NCBI GenBank assembly: GCA_018712565.1
Contig: DVGU01000003.1
Location: 1 to 56,471 of the forward strand
Source of the DNA: Candidatus Faecimonas gallistercoris
Lineage (GTDB): Bacteria; Bacillota_I; Bacilli_A; RF39; UBA660
Reading direction: 5' to 3'
DNA length: 56,471 nucleotides
Positions within the stretch are counted from its first letter, which is position 1. Each line of letters starts with the position of its first letter. This document shows, in pieces, positions 46,734 to 56,237 of this stretch. The notes below the pieces were generated by a model, which was not told the origin of the DNA, searched no databases, and saw nothing but the letters and a program-made list of their open reading frames with translations. The position numbers and the translations under genes were made by a program.

Positions 46734-46762
46734 ATTATATCATATTTTTTAGTTTTTTGCAA
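46734..46762 (-). promoter_or_regulatory. SigmaA-type promoter of the helicase-module operon
   Basis: Minus strand has TTGCAA (46757-46762), a 17-nt spacer, then TG-extended TATAAT (46734-46739). Confidence 0.55.
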
Positions 46763-46821
46763 ATTTTGACTACTTTTTTACTTGTTTATGGTACACTGAT
46801 AGTAAAGGAGACAAGATAGAT

Positions 46822-47520
46822 ATGAGATATAAAAGAGTATTGCTAAAATTAAGTGGAGAAGCATTAGCAACTGCTAATGGTTCTGGTATTGATTTTGAAA
46901 AAACGTTACTGTTTGCGAAAAACATCAAAGAATGTGCAGATATGGGGGTTGAAATTGCTATTGTTGTTGGTGGGGGAAATTTTTGGAGAGGTAAACTAAA
47001 TACTTATATGGACCGTGCTACTAGTGATTATATTGGTATGCTTGCTACTACTATGAATGCACTTGCTTTAGGAGATGCTTTTAAGCAAATAGGTCAAGAT
47101 GTACGAGTACAAACAGGAATTGAAATGAGACAAGTTGCTGAATTTTATATTAAAGATAGAGCTATCCGTCATTTAGAAAAAGGAAGAATTACTGTCTTTG
47201 GATGTGGTACCGGTAGTCCTTTCTTCTCAACAGATACTGCGGCAGCATTAAGAGCTGCTGAGATAAAAGCGGATGCTTTGATTAAGGCAACTAATGTGGA
47301 TGGTATTTATGATAAAGATCCTAAAAAATATAAAGATGCTAAGTTTATTTCTTCTATTGGATACTTGGATGTTTTAAATCAAAAGCTTCAAGTTATGGAT
47401 TCAACAGCTATTAGTTTATGCATGGAAGAGAAAATACCTATTTTGGTATTTAATATTCATGAAAATGGTTCTTTACGAAAACTTTTACTTGGCGAAAAGC
47501 TAGGATCTATAGTATCATAA
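46822..47520 (+). CDS. pyrH: UMP kinase
   Basis: YKRVLLKLSGEAL, VVGGGNFWRG, MLATTMNALAL, GTGSPFFSTDTAAALRAAEI, ATNVDGIYDKDP. Confidence 0.95.
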   Translation: MRYKRVLLKLSGEALATANGSGIDFEKTLLFAKNIKECADMGVEIAIVVGGGNFWRGKLNTYMDRATSDYIGMLATTMNALALGDAFKQIGQDVRVQTGIEMRQVAEFYIKDRAIRHLEKGRITVFGCGTGSPFFSTDTAAALRAAEIKADALIKATNVDGIYDKDPKKYKDAKFISSIGYLDVLNQKLQVMDSTAISLCMEEKIPILVFNIHENGSLRKLLLGEKLGSIVS

Positions 47521-47539
47521 CTATTTAAGAGGTGATAAA

Positions 47540-48208
47540 ATGGGAAAAAAACTTGATGTTGGTGATTATTATTTGGGAATCATTACTGCGACTTCAGAAT
47601 ATTTCAACAATCCTAAAAGACATCGTTATTTGGGTACTGTAGATTTTGATCCTTTTTTGGAAAAAGCACCTATGGAGGCTATTTTATTTGGTATTCCTAC
47701 TCTTTTGAAAAAAATAGAAAAAAATGGAGAAATTTATTATACTGACGAGGAGTATTCTAGATATAAAAATGAACTCGTTTATGAATTACATGAGACGAAT
47801 GCTTTAGGTATTATTCTAGCACATATCAAACCTTTTACCGAGTGTTATCATGAGGAGCCTGTTTGGTATACAGAAGAAGAAGCATACAATGAAGCTTCTA
47901 AAAACGATTTCTTTTTTTTGGAACACTCTTACTATATTTGTTCTAATAAAACTGGTGAAGAATCTATTATTATCTTGAATGAGTTTCCTAGAGAGGTAGT
48001 ATGGGATGAATATTTGATGCAATTACTAGGAGAAGAACAATTTGCTGATATTGCATCTGGATATGAAATGATGGCTACAGAATTATATAATAATGATGTT
48101 GATGATATTATTAGTCTTCCTGAATATATTCAATATGCCTGGATGGTTAGACAGTTTCTAGGTTTTTCCCCTAGTGATGAGAAAGAGAAAAGTTTAAAAA
48201 AGAAGTAG
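47540..48208 (+). CDS. Hypothetical protein following pyrH
   Basis: 222-aa acidic ORF 19 nt after pyrH, with an AGAGGTGA RBS and no recognised motif. Confidence 0.45.
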   Translation: MGKKLDVGDYYLGIITATSEYFNNPKRHRYLGTVDFDPFLEKAPMEAILFGIPTLLKKIEKNGEIYYTDEEYSRYKNELVYELHETNALGIILAHIKPFTECYHEEPVWYTEEEAYNEASKNDFFFLEHSYYICSNKTGEESIIILNEFPREVVWDEYLMQLLGEEQFADIASGYEMMATELYNNDVDDIISLPEYIQYAWMVRQFLGFSPSDEKEKSLKKK

Positions 48209-48228
48209 TTTTTATAGTACATAAAATT

Positions 48229-48252
48229 AAGAACAGTCATTTTACTGTTCTT
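48229..48252. terminator. Bidirectional terminator between the convergent pyrH unit and addA
   Basis: AAGAACAGT-catttt-ACTGTTCTT with T-rich flanks on both strands. It contains the addA stop. Confidence 0.65.
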
Positions 48253-51200
48253 TTATTTTACGATATTTTTCATCTATAATCGAGTATAGAAAACATTCTA
48301 CTTTTTTGTTTGTCTTTTTCTTTAAAAATTCCCTATATCCATTTAGTTGTTTATCATAATTATCATCATCGATATTTTTTAATTTATAGTCAATAATAAT
48401 CATTTTATCTTCTTTTTCTATTACTAAATCTATGATTCCATGGGTAGCTTCTTTTGAATCTAGAAATTCATATTCTGGATAAAACTTACCGGTTATATTT
48501 TCTAAAATCATAGAAGAATTTAAAAAGTTGTTGATTTTTTGTTTTATTCTGTTATCATAATTATCTAATTTTGGATTTTTAAAATCTAATTGTTCTAATA
48601 CTTGATGTATTTTAGTACCAAATTCCATCTTTTCTTTTTCTTCCTTGGTAGATAGATGAAGAATATCTTTTGAGTATTTTTTATATTCTACTTTTGTCTT
48701 GGCTATTTTTAACTCTTGTACTTTTAAATTATCTGTTGCTAGAGTTAGCTCTTCTTTATTGGTAGCATTTTTTGTTAATAAATAATCTTTCGATGGTGTT
48801 ATTTCTATTTTTCTTTCATATGGTAAAACAGAGGTATAGATACTTTTTATGATTGATAGAAAGGAATTATATTTACTACGTATTGTACTACTTACTAGTC
48901 CCCTATTTTCTACTTCTTCTTCTATTTCTTCTGTTACCATAATCATTTTTTCCTTAGCTCTTGTTAAAGCTACATAAAACAATCTTATTTTTTCTGATAT
49001 TTCTTCTTGTTTAGTTTTTTCTTTTACTAACGTTTTTAATATTGTATCTTTATAAAAATCTGTTACTACTGGTAGAATGATTCCATAAGTATTATCAAAT
49101 AAAATCTTTTCTTTTAAATCTCGCATATTAAATTTCGAGTTAAATCCTGCAAAATAGCAGATAGGAAATTCTAGACCTTTTGACTTATGAATTGTCATGA
49201 TCTTGCAACTGTTACTACTATCTTCATTGATGTTAAATTTTAGATCTTGACCACTTTCAAATATTGAATCAAGATGATTTATTACATCTTCTATGGTATA
49301 ACCATTTTCTTCTAAATTGCTTATTAGATTATAAATATATTCTAGACGAACTTGAAAGGAAGTTATTTTTCCTATTTTTATTAGTTTTTTTTCATACTCT
49401 ACTTTCTTTATTACTTGCAGAAAAAATTCACTAGCAGAGGTGTCGTTTATACTTTGACTTAACTCTTCACATAGTTGGTATAGTTTTGTTTCTTTTATTT
49501 TATCTTTTGTTAAAGCTTCATAAATTTCTAGGTCACTTACTTCAAATAAATAACTTCTTGCTGTTGCTACAAAACTATATTTTAGACTATCATAGTCATC
49601 TTTTTTATGAATTCTAATAATTAAGTTTAATAAGTTTTTAAGTACTAATACATCGTTATCTTTACTTAGAGATTCTTCTTTTAGAATAGAAAGGGGAATT
49701 TGTAGATATTCAAATATTTTTTTGTATAGTTCAAAGTTTTTACTTTTATCTAATAAGATAACAAAGTCTTTATATTCTATTGGTCGTAATATTTCTGTAT
49801 CTTTATCAAATACTTTATATTTACTATTTATTTTTTCTTTAATATCTTGGCCAATGATGAAAGCTTCTTGTTCATCCCTAGTAATTGGTGTTGTTTTATC
49901 TAGTGTATATGTTAATAATTCCATATGATAATTTTGAGTAGTTTTTCCTTGTTGTTCATACATCATATTTCCAAATACCATTTGGTGAGAATCTTTATAG
50001 TCTGCACCTCCTATTTCATCATCCATAAATTGATTAAATAGTAAGTTAATATCTTCTAACACTTCTTTTCTAGAACGGAAATTTTTTACTAAGTCTATTT
50101 TTATTCCTTGGTCTGTATCACGATAGGTATCATATTTTTGCTTGAATAAATATGGGTTGGCATTACGAAATCTATAAATAGATTGTTTAATGTCTCCTAC
50201 CATATAAACATTATTCTTAGAAATTAAAGAGATAAATGTCTCTTGAGTATCTGAAGTGTCTTGATATTCATCTACCATAATCTCATGAAAGCTATTGGTT
50301 ACTTCTTCTTGAATATCTTTATTTTCTTTTACAATACGAATAGCTAGTCTAGATATATCCGTAAAGTTATATATTTCTTTTTCTTCTTTATATTTTGTTA
50401 ATCTTTTATCTAACTCTTTTAAAATATCTATTATCTCTTCTTGATTAGGAACTGTTTCTTGTAATTCTTTTTCTATTTGTTCTATGGATTCATAAGTCAT
50501 TTCTGTTTTTATTTCATCTAATAAGGTTGTTAATGCTTTTTTGATTATTTTTCCTTCTTCAGGACTATTTTTAGGTAATGCTGGGAATCTTCCTAAGGAA
50601 TCTAAGGCTTTTTTTTGTTCATCATAATTTTCTTGATTTAAAAAATTATATAAGTATTGTTCTACCTTGGTCATATATTTACCATCAAAATAAGAATTCA
50701 TTTGATATAGTAAATCTTTTAGTTGACTTCTTTTTTTATTTATACTAACAAGATAGTCATTTATTACTTTATCCCAGGATTTAGTGTAATTGGTTAAATA
50801 CTTATTTAGAAATTCACTTTTATCATATTTTAATTCTATTTTTTTATAAATATCTAATAGTCCTTTTTTTAACTCTTTATCATCTTTATAACAAAAATCA
50901 TGAATTAACTTTGTAAAGCGTTTATCTTGTAATAGGTATTTTTCGTCTAATATCTTTTCTAGTATATTTTCTTTTTCTATATCAATTACTACATCATCTG
51001 TTATTTGTATTTTGTTTGTACAGTTGATTGTTGTATGATATTTTTTTACGATGGATAAAGCAAAGGAATCAAAAGTAGTAATATATGCTCCATCAATTCG
51101 ATTCATTTCTTCTTCTAATCCTTTTGTTTTTCTAATTGCTTTTCTGATACGTTCTTTCATTTCTGCTGCTGCGGCATTGGTAAAAGTTAGTACTAATAAT

Positions 51201-51346
51201 TCATTAATGTGGACTCCACTTTTTAACTTTCTAATTACTCGCTCTGTAAGTACAGCTGTTTTTCCAGAGCCAGCTCCTGCCGATACAATAATATTTTTTC
51301 CTTCGCAATTAATTGCTTGCTGTTGTTCCTTGGTCCAAGATGGCAT
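48242..51346 (-). CDS. addA: ATP-dependent helicase/nuclease subunit A (AddA/RexA)
   Basis: WTKEQQQAI, Walker A SAGAGSGKTAVLTERV, MVDEYQDTS, TIHKSKGLEFP, YVALTRAKE, C-terminal RecB-type nuclease GIIDLV...IIIDYKL. Confidence 0.9.
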   Translation of the reverse strand: MPSWTKEQQQAINCEGKNIIVSAGAGSGKTAVLTERVIRKLKSGVHINELLVLTFTNAAAAEMKERIRKAIRKTKGLEEEMNRIDGAYITTFDSFALSIVKKYHTTINCTNKIQITDDVVIDIEKENILEKILDEKYLLQDKRFTKLIHDFCYKDDKELKKGLLDIYKKIELKYDKSEFLNKYLTNYTKSWDKVINDYLVSINKKRSQLKDLLYQMNSYFDGKYMTKVEQYLYNFLNQENYDEQKKALDSLGRFPALPKNSPEEGKIIKKALTTLLDEIKTEMTYESIEQIEKELQETVPNQEEIIDILKELDKRLTKYKEEKEIYNFTDISRLAIRIVKENKDIQEEVTNSFHEIMVDEYQDTSDTQETFISLISKNNVYMVGDIKQSIYRFRNANPYLFKQKYDTYRDTDQGIKIDLVKNFRSRKEVLEDINLLFNQFMDDEIGGADYKDSHQMVFGNMMYEQQGKTTQNYHMELLTYTLDKTTPITRDEQEAFIIGQDIKEKINSKYKVFDKDTEILRPIEYKDFVILLDKSKNFELYKKIFEYLQIPLSILKEESLSKDNDVLVLKNLLNLIIRIHKKDDYDSLKYSFVATARSYLFEVSDLEIYEALTKDKIKETKLYQLCEELSQSINDTSASEFFLQVIKKVEYEKKLIKIGKITSFQVRLEYIYNLISNLEENGYTIEDVINHLDSIFESGQDLKFNINEDSSNSCKIMTIHKSKGLEFPICYFAGFNSKFNMRDLKEKILFDNTYGIILPVVTDFYKDTILKTLVKEKTKQEEISEKIRLFYVALTRAKEKMIMVTEEIEEEVENRGLVSSTIRSKYNSFLSIIKSIYTSVLPYERKIEITPSKDYLLTKNATNKEELTLATDNLKVQELKIAKTKVEYKKYSKDILHLSTKEEKEKMEFGTKIHQVLEQLDFKNPKLDNYDNRIKQKINNFLNSSMILENITGKFYPEYEFLDSKEATHGIIDLVIEKEDKMIIIDYKLKNIDDDNYDKQLNGYREFLKKKTNKKVECFLYSIIDEKYRKIKEQ

Positions 51347-53661
51347 TAGTCCACCTCACTTTCTAAAAATGATAAGTCTACTACTTTATCCAAATAGACA
51401 ATATCTTTTTGAGAGTAATAACAAATATCTTTAAAATTACAGTATTCGCAAGATTGATTTTTTCCATCATAAATTTTAGGATTTATCTTAAAATCTGCTT
51501 TTAATATCTCTTCCATATCTTTTTGAATTATTTTTTTAGTATAGGATAATATATTATATAATTGTTCGTCATTTAATGTTTTAGCATAATGATAAAATCC
51601 TTTTTCTGTATATTTCATACTTTTTATTAGTTCACTATTTTCATAGGTAGGATCAAATCGTTCTAATACATTTATATTTTCTGTTGAATACCCTTGCAAT
51701 TTTAATCTTTCTTTTTTTATTTCTTCTATTGGTCTTGGTTTGAACGATGGGTAGTTAAATAAAATATTTTGATAATATATTCCTGTAAAGATTGGATTTT
51801 CAAATACTTTTGAATAATTAATTAAATATAGATAAACTGGTAATTGTAACGATAATCCATACTTCATTTTTTCTAATCTAGTATCCACAGTTCCTGATTT
51901 GTAATCTACAATAGCAAAATAGGTATCTTCTATTTTTTTATAATACATGATTTTATCTATTGTTCCTGTAAATATTACTTCTATATCTTTTTTTATAGGA
52001 ATTTCTATTTTTTGTTCTAATAATTCTTCATTATACCCTAATATTAAATTTTGTTTTTTCATTTGGTCTAGTAAATCTAATAATTCTTTTTTTAATCTTA
52101 CTAATAATACTTTTTCTTTTAAAGATAGTTCTTTTGTTTCTAGATATTTTTGATATTCTTGTTCAAAGTTAAAGTTTTTATTTTTGTATAGTTGTAGAAT
52201 CCTATGATATAAAGAGCCTATAAAAGCTGCGAAGGTATCTTTATATGCATTTAGTTTTAAGACATAGTTTAGATAGTATTTAAATTTACATTCATTATAT
52301 GTGTTAATACTTGTATATGATAGTTTTAAGGGGTATGGTAGATTTTCTAAATAAGTATCGTGATTAATCCCTTTGAAACTATTATCATAACTTTGGTAGG
52401 GAATTTGATAATGTGTATATAATTCTTTTAGCATGGGAGTTATTTCTTGATAAAGATTATAGGTATCTAGTTTTGCACCTAAGCGTAACTCATTATATAG
52501 ATTACTAGCTGTATAATCATCAATTTCTTTTTCTATTACTTCTATGTTATACTCTTCAATGATACTAGATGGATACATACTTTGGAATGGTGTTTGTAAT
52601 TTGTAGGATAAATATAAATTGTCAATTGATGAGAAAATATTTAAGATTGTTTTTTTGGCAATACTGTTTTTTTGATCTGTTGTATATAAGTCAACTTCTT
52701 TTTTATCTTTATCAGAGATATAATCAATATCTTTTTCTAATTTTGGTAGTTGGTCTTGATTTAGTCCTAATACAAAGACATGTTCTTCTTTTGTAAAGGT
52801 CTCTTTTTCTAAAGATTTTACGTTAACAGCATCTATATATTCGTCGCTAGATATAGACTCTTCTTTTATCTTAGATAATAACAGTTCCTGATATTGTTTG
52901 CTTTCGTCTTTTATATCAATTAATGAATTTAAAATAGATACTAATTTCTTAGTTATTTTATTGTCTTTTGTTAAGTCTAGTGTTTCATCTTGTAAATATC
53001 TTTTTACTATCTCTGTACCATAAATGGGATATTTCATAGGTAGATTCATAGGAATATTATAATAAGAAAAGATTCTGTCAATTGTATATAAATAATCTTT
53101 TGAAACATTAGTCAGATATATTTTATTTATATCTATCCCTTTCTTTAGTAATTTTAGTATTTTTAAAGCTACTCCATTTACTTCTTCTTCCATTGTTTTA
53201 TATTCTGTTACTTGAAGTTTTTTTAATTTTTCTTGGTTACTATTTTCTACTCCTAGGGCCTTTTTTTCAAATAAATCTAGTTTAGGATAGTTTAATACTA
53301 CTATTTTTTTTGTTTTTAAATACTCTTTAAATGTATGGTTATATTCTAGTAGATTTTCTTTTTGAAGTTCTTGTTTTAAATTTTTTAGAAACATTAGTTT
53401 TTTGTTTTTATATTTTTTTTCATCATCAATTATATAAAGGTAATTTAAATATACTTTACATACATCTACTTTATAATGATATTTTTTCATTAAATAAAGA
53501 ATTGCTTTGTCATTATAGGAGAAAAAATAATTAGATAAAAACTCCTCTTTTGTCATGAACTTTAAATTATATAATTTATTTTCTTGTTCTATCTGATTTA
53601 ATATTTTTATTTTTTGTTCATTTGGACATACAATTAACATATTATTTTCTAGTTTTTCCAT
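51346..53661 (-). CDS. addB: Helicase/nuclease subunit B (AddB/RexB), short form without Walker A
   Basis: Position directly upstream of addA (1-nt overlap). C-terminal nuclease/Fe-S domain: YNECKFKYYLNYVL, GSLYHRIL, GTIDKI...AIVDYKSG, and CEYCNFKDIC. No GxxGxGK(S/T) motif anywhere in the ORF. Start MEKLEN after AGGTG. Confidence 0.75.
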   Translation of the reverse strand: MEKLENNMLIVCPNEQKIKILNQIEQENKLYNLKFMTKEEFLSNYFFSYNDKAILYLMKKYHYKVDVCKVYLNYLYIIDDEKKYKNKKLMFLKNLKQELQKENLLEYNHTFKEYLKTKKIVVLNYPKLDLFEKKALGVENSNQEKLKKLQVTEYKTMEEEVNGVALKILKLLKKGIDINKIYLTNVSKDYLYTIDRIFSYYNIPMNLPMKYPIYGTEIVKRYLQDETLDLTKDNKITKKLVSILNSLIDIKDESKQYQELLLSKIKEESISSDEYIDAVNVKSLEKETFTKEEHVFVLGLNQDQLPKLEKDIDYISDKDKKEVDLYTTDQKNSIAKKTILNIFSSIDNLYLSYKLQTPFQSMYPSSIIEEYNIEVIEKEIDDYTASNLYNELRLGAKLDTYNLYQEITPMLKELYTHYQIPYQSYDNSFKGINHDTYLENLPYPLKLSYTSINTYNECKFKYYLNYVLKLNAYKDTFAAFIGSLYHRILQLYKNKNFNFEQEYQKYLETKELSLKEKVLLVRLKKELLDLLDQMKKQNLILGYNEELLEQKIEIPIKKDIEVIFTGTIDKIMYYKKIEDTYFAIVDYKSGTVDTRLEKMKYGLSLQLPVYLYLINYSKVFENPIFTGIYYQNILFNYPSFKPRPIEEIKKERLKLQGYSTENINVLERFDPTYENSELIKSMKYTEKGFYHYAKTLNDEQLYNILSYTKKIIQKDMEEILKADFKINPKIYDGKNQSCEYCNFKDICYYSQKDIVYLDKVVDLSFLESEVD

Positions 53662-54883
53662 TCTTTGCACCTACTTTATCTTCTTTTTTATTATCTAAAA
53701 TATATCCTAAGGTTATACTGGCTAAAATGGCTTCAAAAATTTGTAAGGAATAGGCATATCTTGGCATTACTTCTATAAATAAATATACTCCACAGTAAAT
53801 ACATAGAATTAATGTAATTAGGATTTGGGGATGGGTATATATTTTTTTAAATAGTGTAATAGAACTTAGTAATGTCATAATGAAGAAAAAGTAGATAAAG
53901 AATTGGTTGATTGCTTCATAGTATTTTATTTGTTCTTCATTTTTTAAGTGACCTAGTGACCATGATAAATCAGAGTTTAGCCAAGTAATTTTTATTTTCT
54001 TTAAAAATAATACTGGATAGTTTTGGTAGTCTTTTTTTATTCTCTTTTTTAAAACCTTGTCTGTTTTCTCTTTATTATACGCATATCTTCTAGCATCTTC
54101 TTCACTATATCTACCATTTGTTTTCACGTTTAATCCTTCTAAGAATTTCCAGGATGGATTTTTATTTTCTAATCCACTAGGACTAATATTCGTTGCTTTT
54201 AAAAGGTAGGAAGTCCCAAGGGTTACAGCTATATAGGAAGTGATTATTAGAAGAAAGCTTATGATTACTTTCTTTTTATTTTCTTTTTTTACAATTAAGA
54301 ATATAGAATATAGGAAAAATGCTATTATAATTACAATTGTTTCACTTCTAAAAATATTACTTAACCCTAATAAAACTCCTATTATTATTGGAATATGCTT
54401 GGTTGATTTTTTTTGTTTTATCCATAAATATATTGCTATTAATATTAATAACATTGGTAATAGTTGATTCGTTAGAACTGTGTTTAATAAAAGTGGAAAA
54501 AGAAATACTGAATAGATAAGAGTTATGATTGTTGCTGCCTTGGTATTGGATAATTCTTTACCTATTAAATATATTATTACGACTGTTAAGGAAGTTATGA
54601 TAGAATTTACGACTTTTAAAAATGTAGTACTATTGATGATACTTAGTAATATAGCTTGATATATAACATGTCCCATTTGATATCCCCAGGTTATAAAATA
54701 TGGCATACTTTTGTAGGCAGTGGTGTTTTTAATAAGTTCTTGAGATGCATCAAGCATTGTTTTAAAATCTGATATTACTGGTGTATCTACTAATAGTATT
54801 ACTCCTATTCGCATTATAAAAGATAAAAGAAATAATATAATAATTATTTTATGATTAGAAATCCATTTTTTTATTTTAGTCAT
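53642..54883 (-). CDS. GT-C fold (family 39/ArnT-PMT-like) integral membrane glycosyltransferase
   Basis: 413 aa with about 11 TM segments. First-loop acidic motif VDTPVISDF and a large loop after TM7-8. The overall layout is typical of GT39/GT83. Its stop overlaps the addB start by 20 nt. Confidence 0.5.
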   Translation of the reverse strand: MTKIKKWISNHKIIIILFLLSFIMRIGVILLVDTPVISDFKTMLDASQELIKNTTAYKSMPYFITWGYQMGHVIYQAILLSIINSTTFLKVVNSIITSLTVVIIYLIGKELSNTKAATIITLIYSVFLFPLLLNTVLTNQLLPMLLILIAIYLWIKQKKSTKHIPIIIGVLLGLSNIFRSETIVIIIAFFLYSIFLIVKKENKKKVIISFLLIITSYIAVTLGTSYLLKATNISPSGLENKNPSWKFLEGLNVKTNGRYSEEDARRYAYNKEKTDKVLKKRIKKDYQNYPVLFLKKIKITWLNSDLSWSLGHLKNEEQIKYYEAINQFFIYFFFIMTLLSSITLFKKIYTHPQILITLILCIYCGVYLFIEVMPRYAYSLQIFEAILASITLGYILDNKKEDKVGAKNGKTRK

Positions 54884-55049
54884 ATTATCACCACATCTAT
54901 TATAGCAAGTTTTTTCATCACATAAAAGGTTTCAGATAAAAGTAACAAAATTTAACTGTTTATCATTTTTATTACTTGAAACTTAGAATGTATTTATGCA
55001 AATTCTAACAGTTCAGGTATTATATAAATTTTTTTGATGGTAATTAAAA

Positions 55050-55086
55050 AATGTAAGAATTAAGTTATTAACATTAATCTTACATT
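55050..55086. terminator. Hairpin terminator after the 273-aa ORF
   Basis: AATGTAAGA-a-TTAA...TTAA-TCTTACATT, a 9+4 bp stem including the stop codon, with T-rich flanks. Confidence 0.5.
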
Positions 55087-55901
55087 TTCTTTTCCTTATT
55101 ATTTTCTTTAAAGTATTGTATCATTTGATTAAATCTATTTTTAAAATCATCATTAGACTGTTGCCATGTTTTTGTTTCTTGAATCTTTGTCATTTCTGGG
55201 TATTGTTCATCTGATGATTCATACCATGGAATTAGTTCATTTTCTTCATCGAATAATTCTGGGTGATAGTGAACTAAAAACTTTTGACGATCGAAAAAGA
55301 TTGTTCTATCAATACTTTCTTTCCATTCTGTAACAATTCTATTATAGTCATCACTTGAAAAATTTAGAGTAAGAAATTTTTCTGTAGCATTTTCTACATA
55401 AGTATTTAACTGTTGATATCTTTCCTTTTTCTTCTCACTTATTTCTTCATTTTCTGTAATTTCTTCTTTTAAATCACGAACTTCTCTATTTATAATAGAA
55501 AATATATTTCTTATCTCTTGATAATCTTTTGTATTTATTTTTTCTAGATATTCATCATATGAATAAAAGTAATCAGAAATAAGCGTGTTTTGTAAGTTAA
55601 TAATCGCTTTATTTTGAGATGCATTAGAATAAAGCTCAAATATAAGTTCTTCTAGTTGCTTATTATTATAAAGTCCATATTCATCCATCATACTGTATAA
55701 CATTTCAGCTGTTGTAATTGTATTGATATAGTCAGCATAAATATCAGAATTTTCAAGTATTTGTTTTTCTACTTTATATTTTATTTCCTCCATAGGAAAT
55801 ACTAGACTTTTTTTATTATCTTTTAAAATACTTATTTCAGGAATATTTAACATCCATTCTTCTGGAACTACTCCCATAGAATCAATATGTATTGTTTTCA
55901 A
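55080..55901 (-). CDS. Hypothetical protein
   Basis: 273-aa acidic ORF with an AGGAGG RBS and no recognised motif. Confidence 0.45.
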   Translation of the reverse strand: MKTIHIDSMGVVPEEWMLNIPEISILKDNKKSLVFPMEEIKYKVEKQILENSDIYADYINTITTAEMLYSMMDEYGLYNNKQLEELIFELYSNASQNKAIINLQNTLISDYFYSYDEYLEKINTKDYQEIRNIFSIINREVRDLKEEITENEEISEKKKERYQQLNTYVENATEKFLTLNFSSDDYNRIVTEWKESIDRTIFFDRQKFLVHYHPELFDEENELIPWYESSDEQYPEMTKIQETKTWQQSNDDFKNRFNQMIQYFKENNKEKKM

Positions 55902-56096
55902 ATTATTTCCTCCTAATTTAGAATAAAAATTATTTTATCTTTTATTAATTTTTATATCTAGAACATATTCACTTGATAAGACTTTATTCTTTTTATATAC
56001 CTTTTAGATTATATTCTAATTTTACTTATTTATTCTTTTTTCCTATTTATAGGATTATATACTTGTGAACCTGCCCTGATATATTCAAATTTTAAA

Positions 56097-56237
56097 GAAC
56101 AAAAGAATTAAGTAAACTTAATTCGCCTTGATCGTCACCTTTCAAGTTTCCTGCTTCTCAGACTAAGTAACCTTACTTCTCCACAGGCTTAACATCCGAT
56201 AGTCGCTACCGTAGTTTTCTTTTGTTTCTTTCTTTTT
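56097..56237 (-). ncRNA. IS200/IS605 right end / candidate TnpB omega-RNA (reRNA) scaffold
   Basis: Non-coding tail directly after the tnpB stop. It contains stem-loops and a subterminal hairpin GAATTAAGT-tt-ACTTAATTC 11 nt from the terminus. It is near-identical to 41441-41580, and its last 20 nt also occur at 35131. Confidence 0.4.

Noticed and set aside
46706-46821. A LexA box upstream of the DinG-like helicase, as for dinG in some species.
   Set aside because: No GAAC-N4-GTTC motif is present in the divergent intergenic region. Only a plain sigmaA-type promoter is visible.
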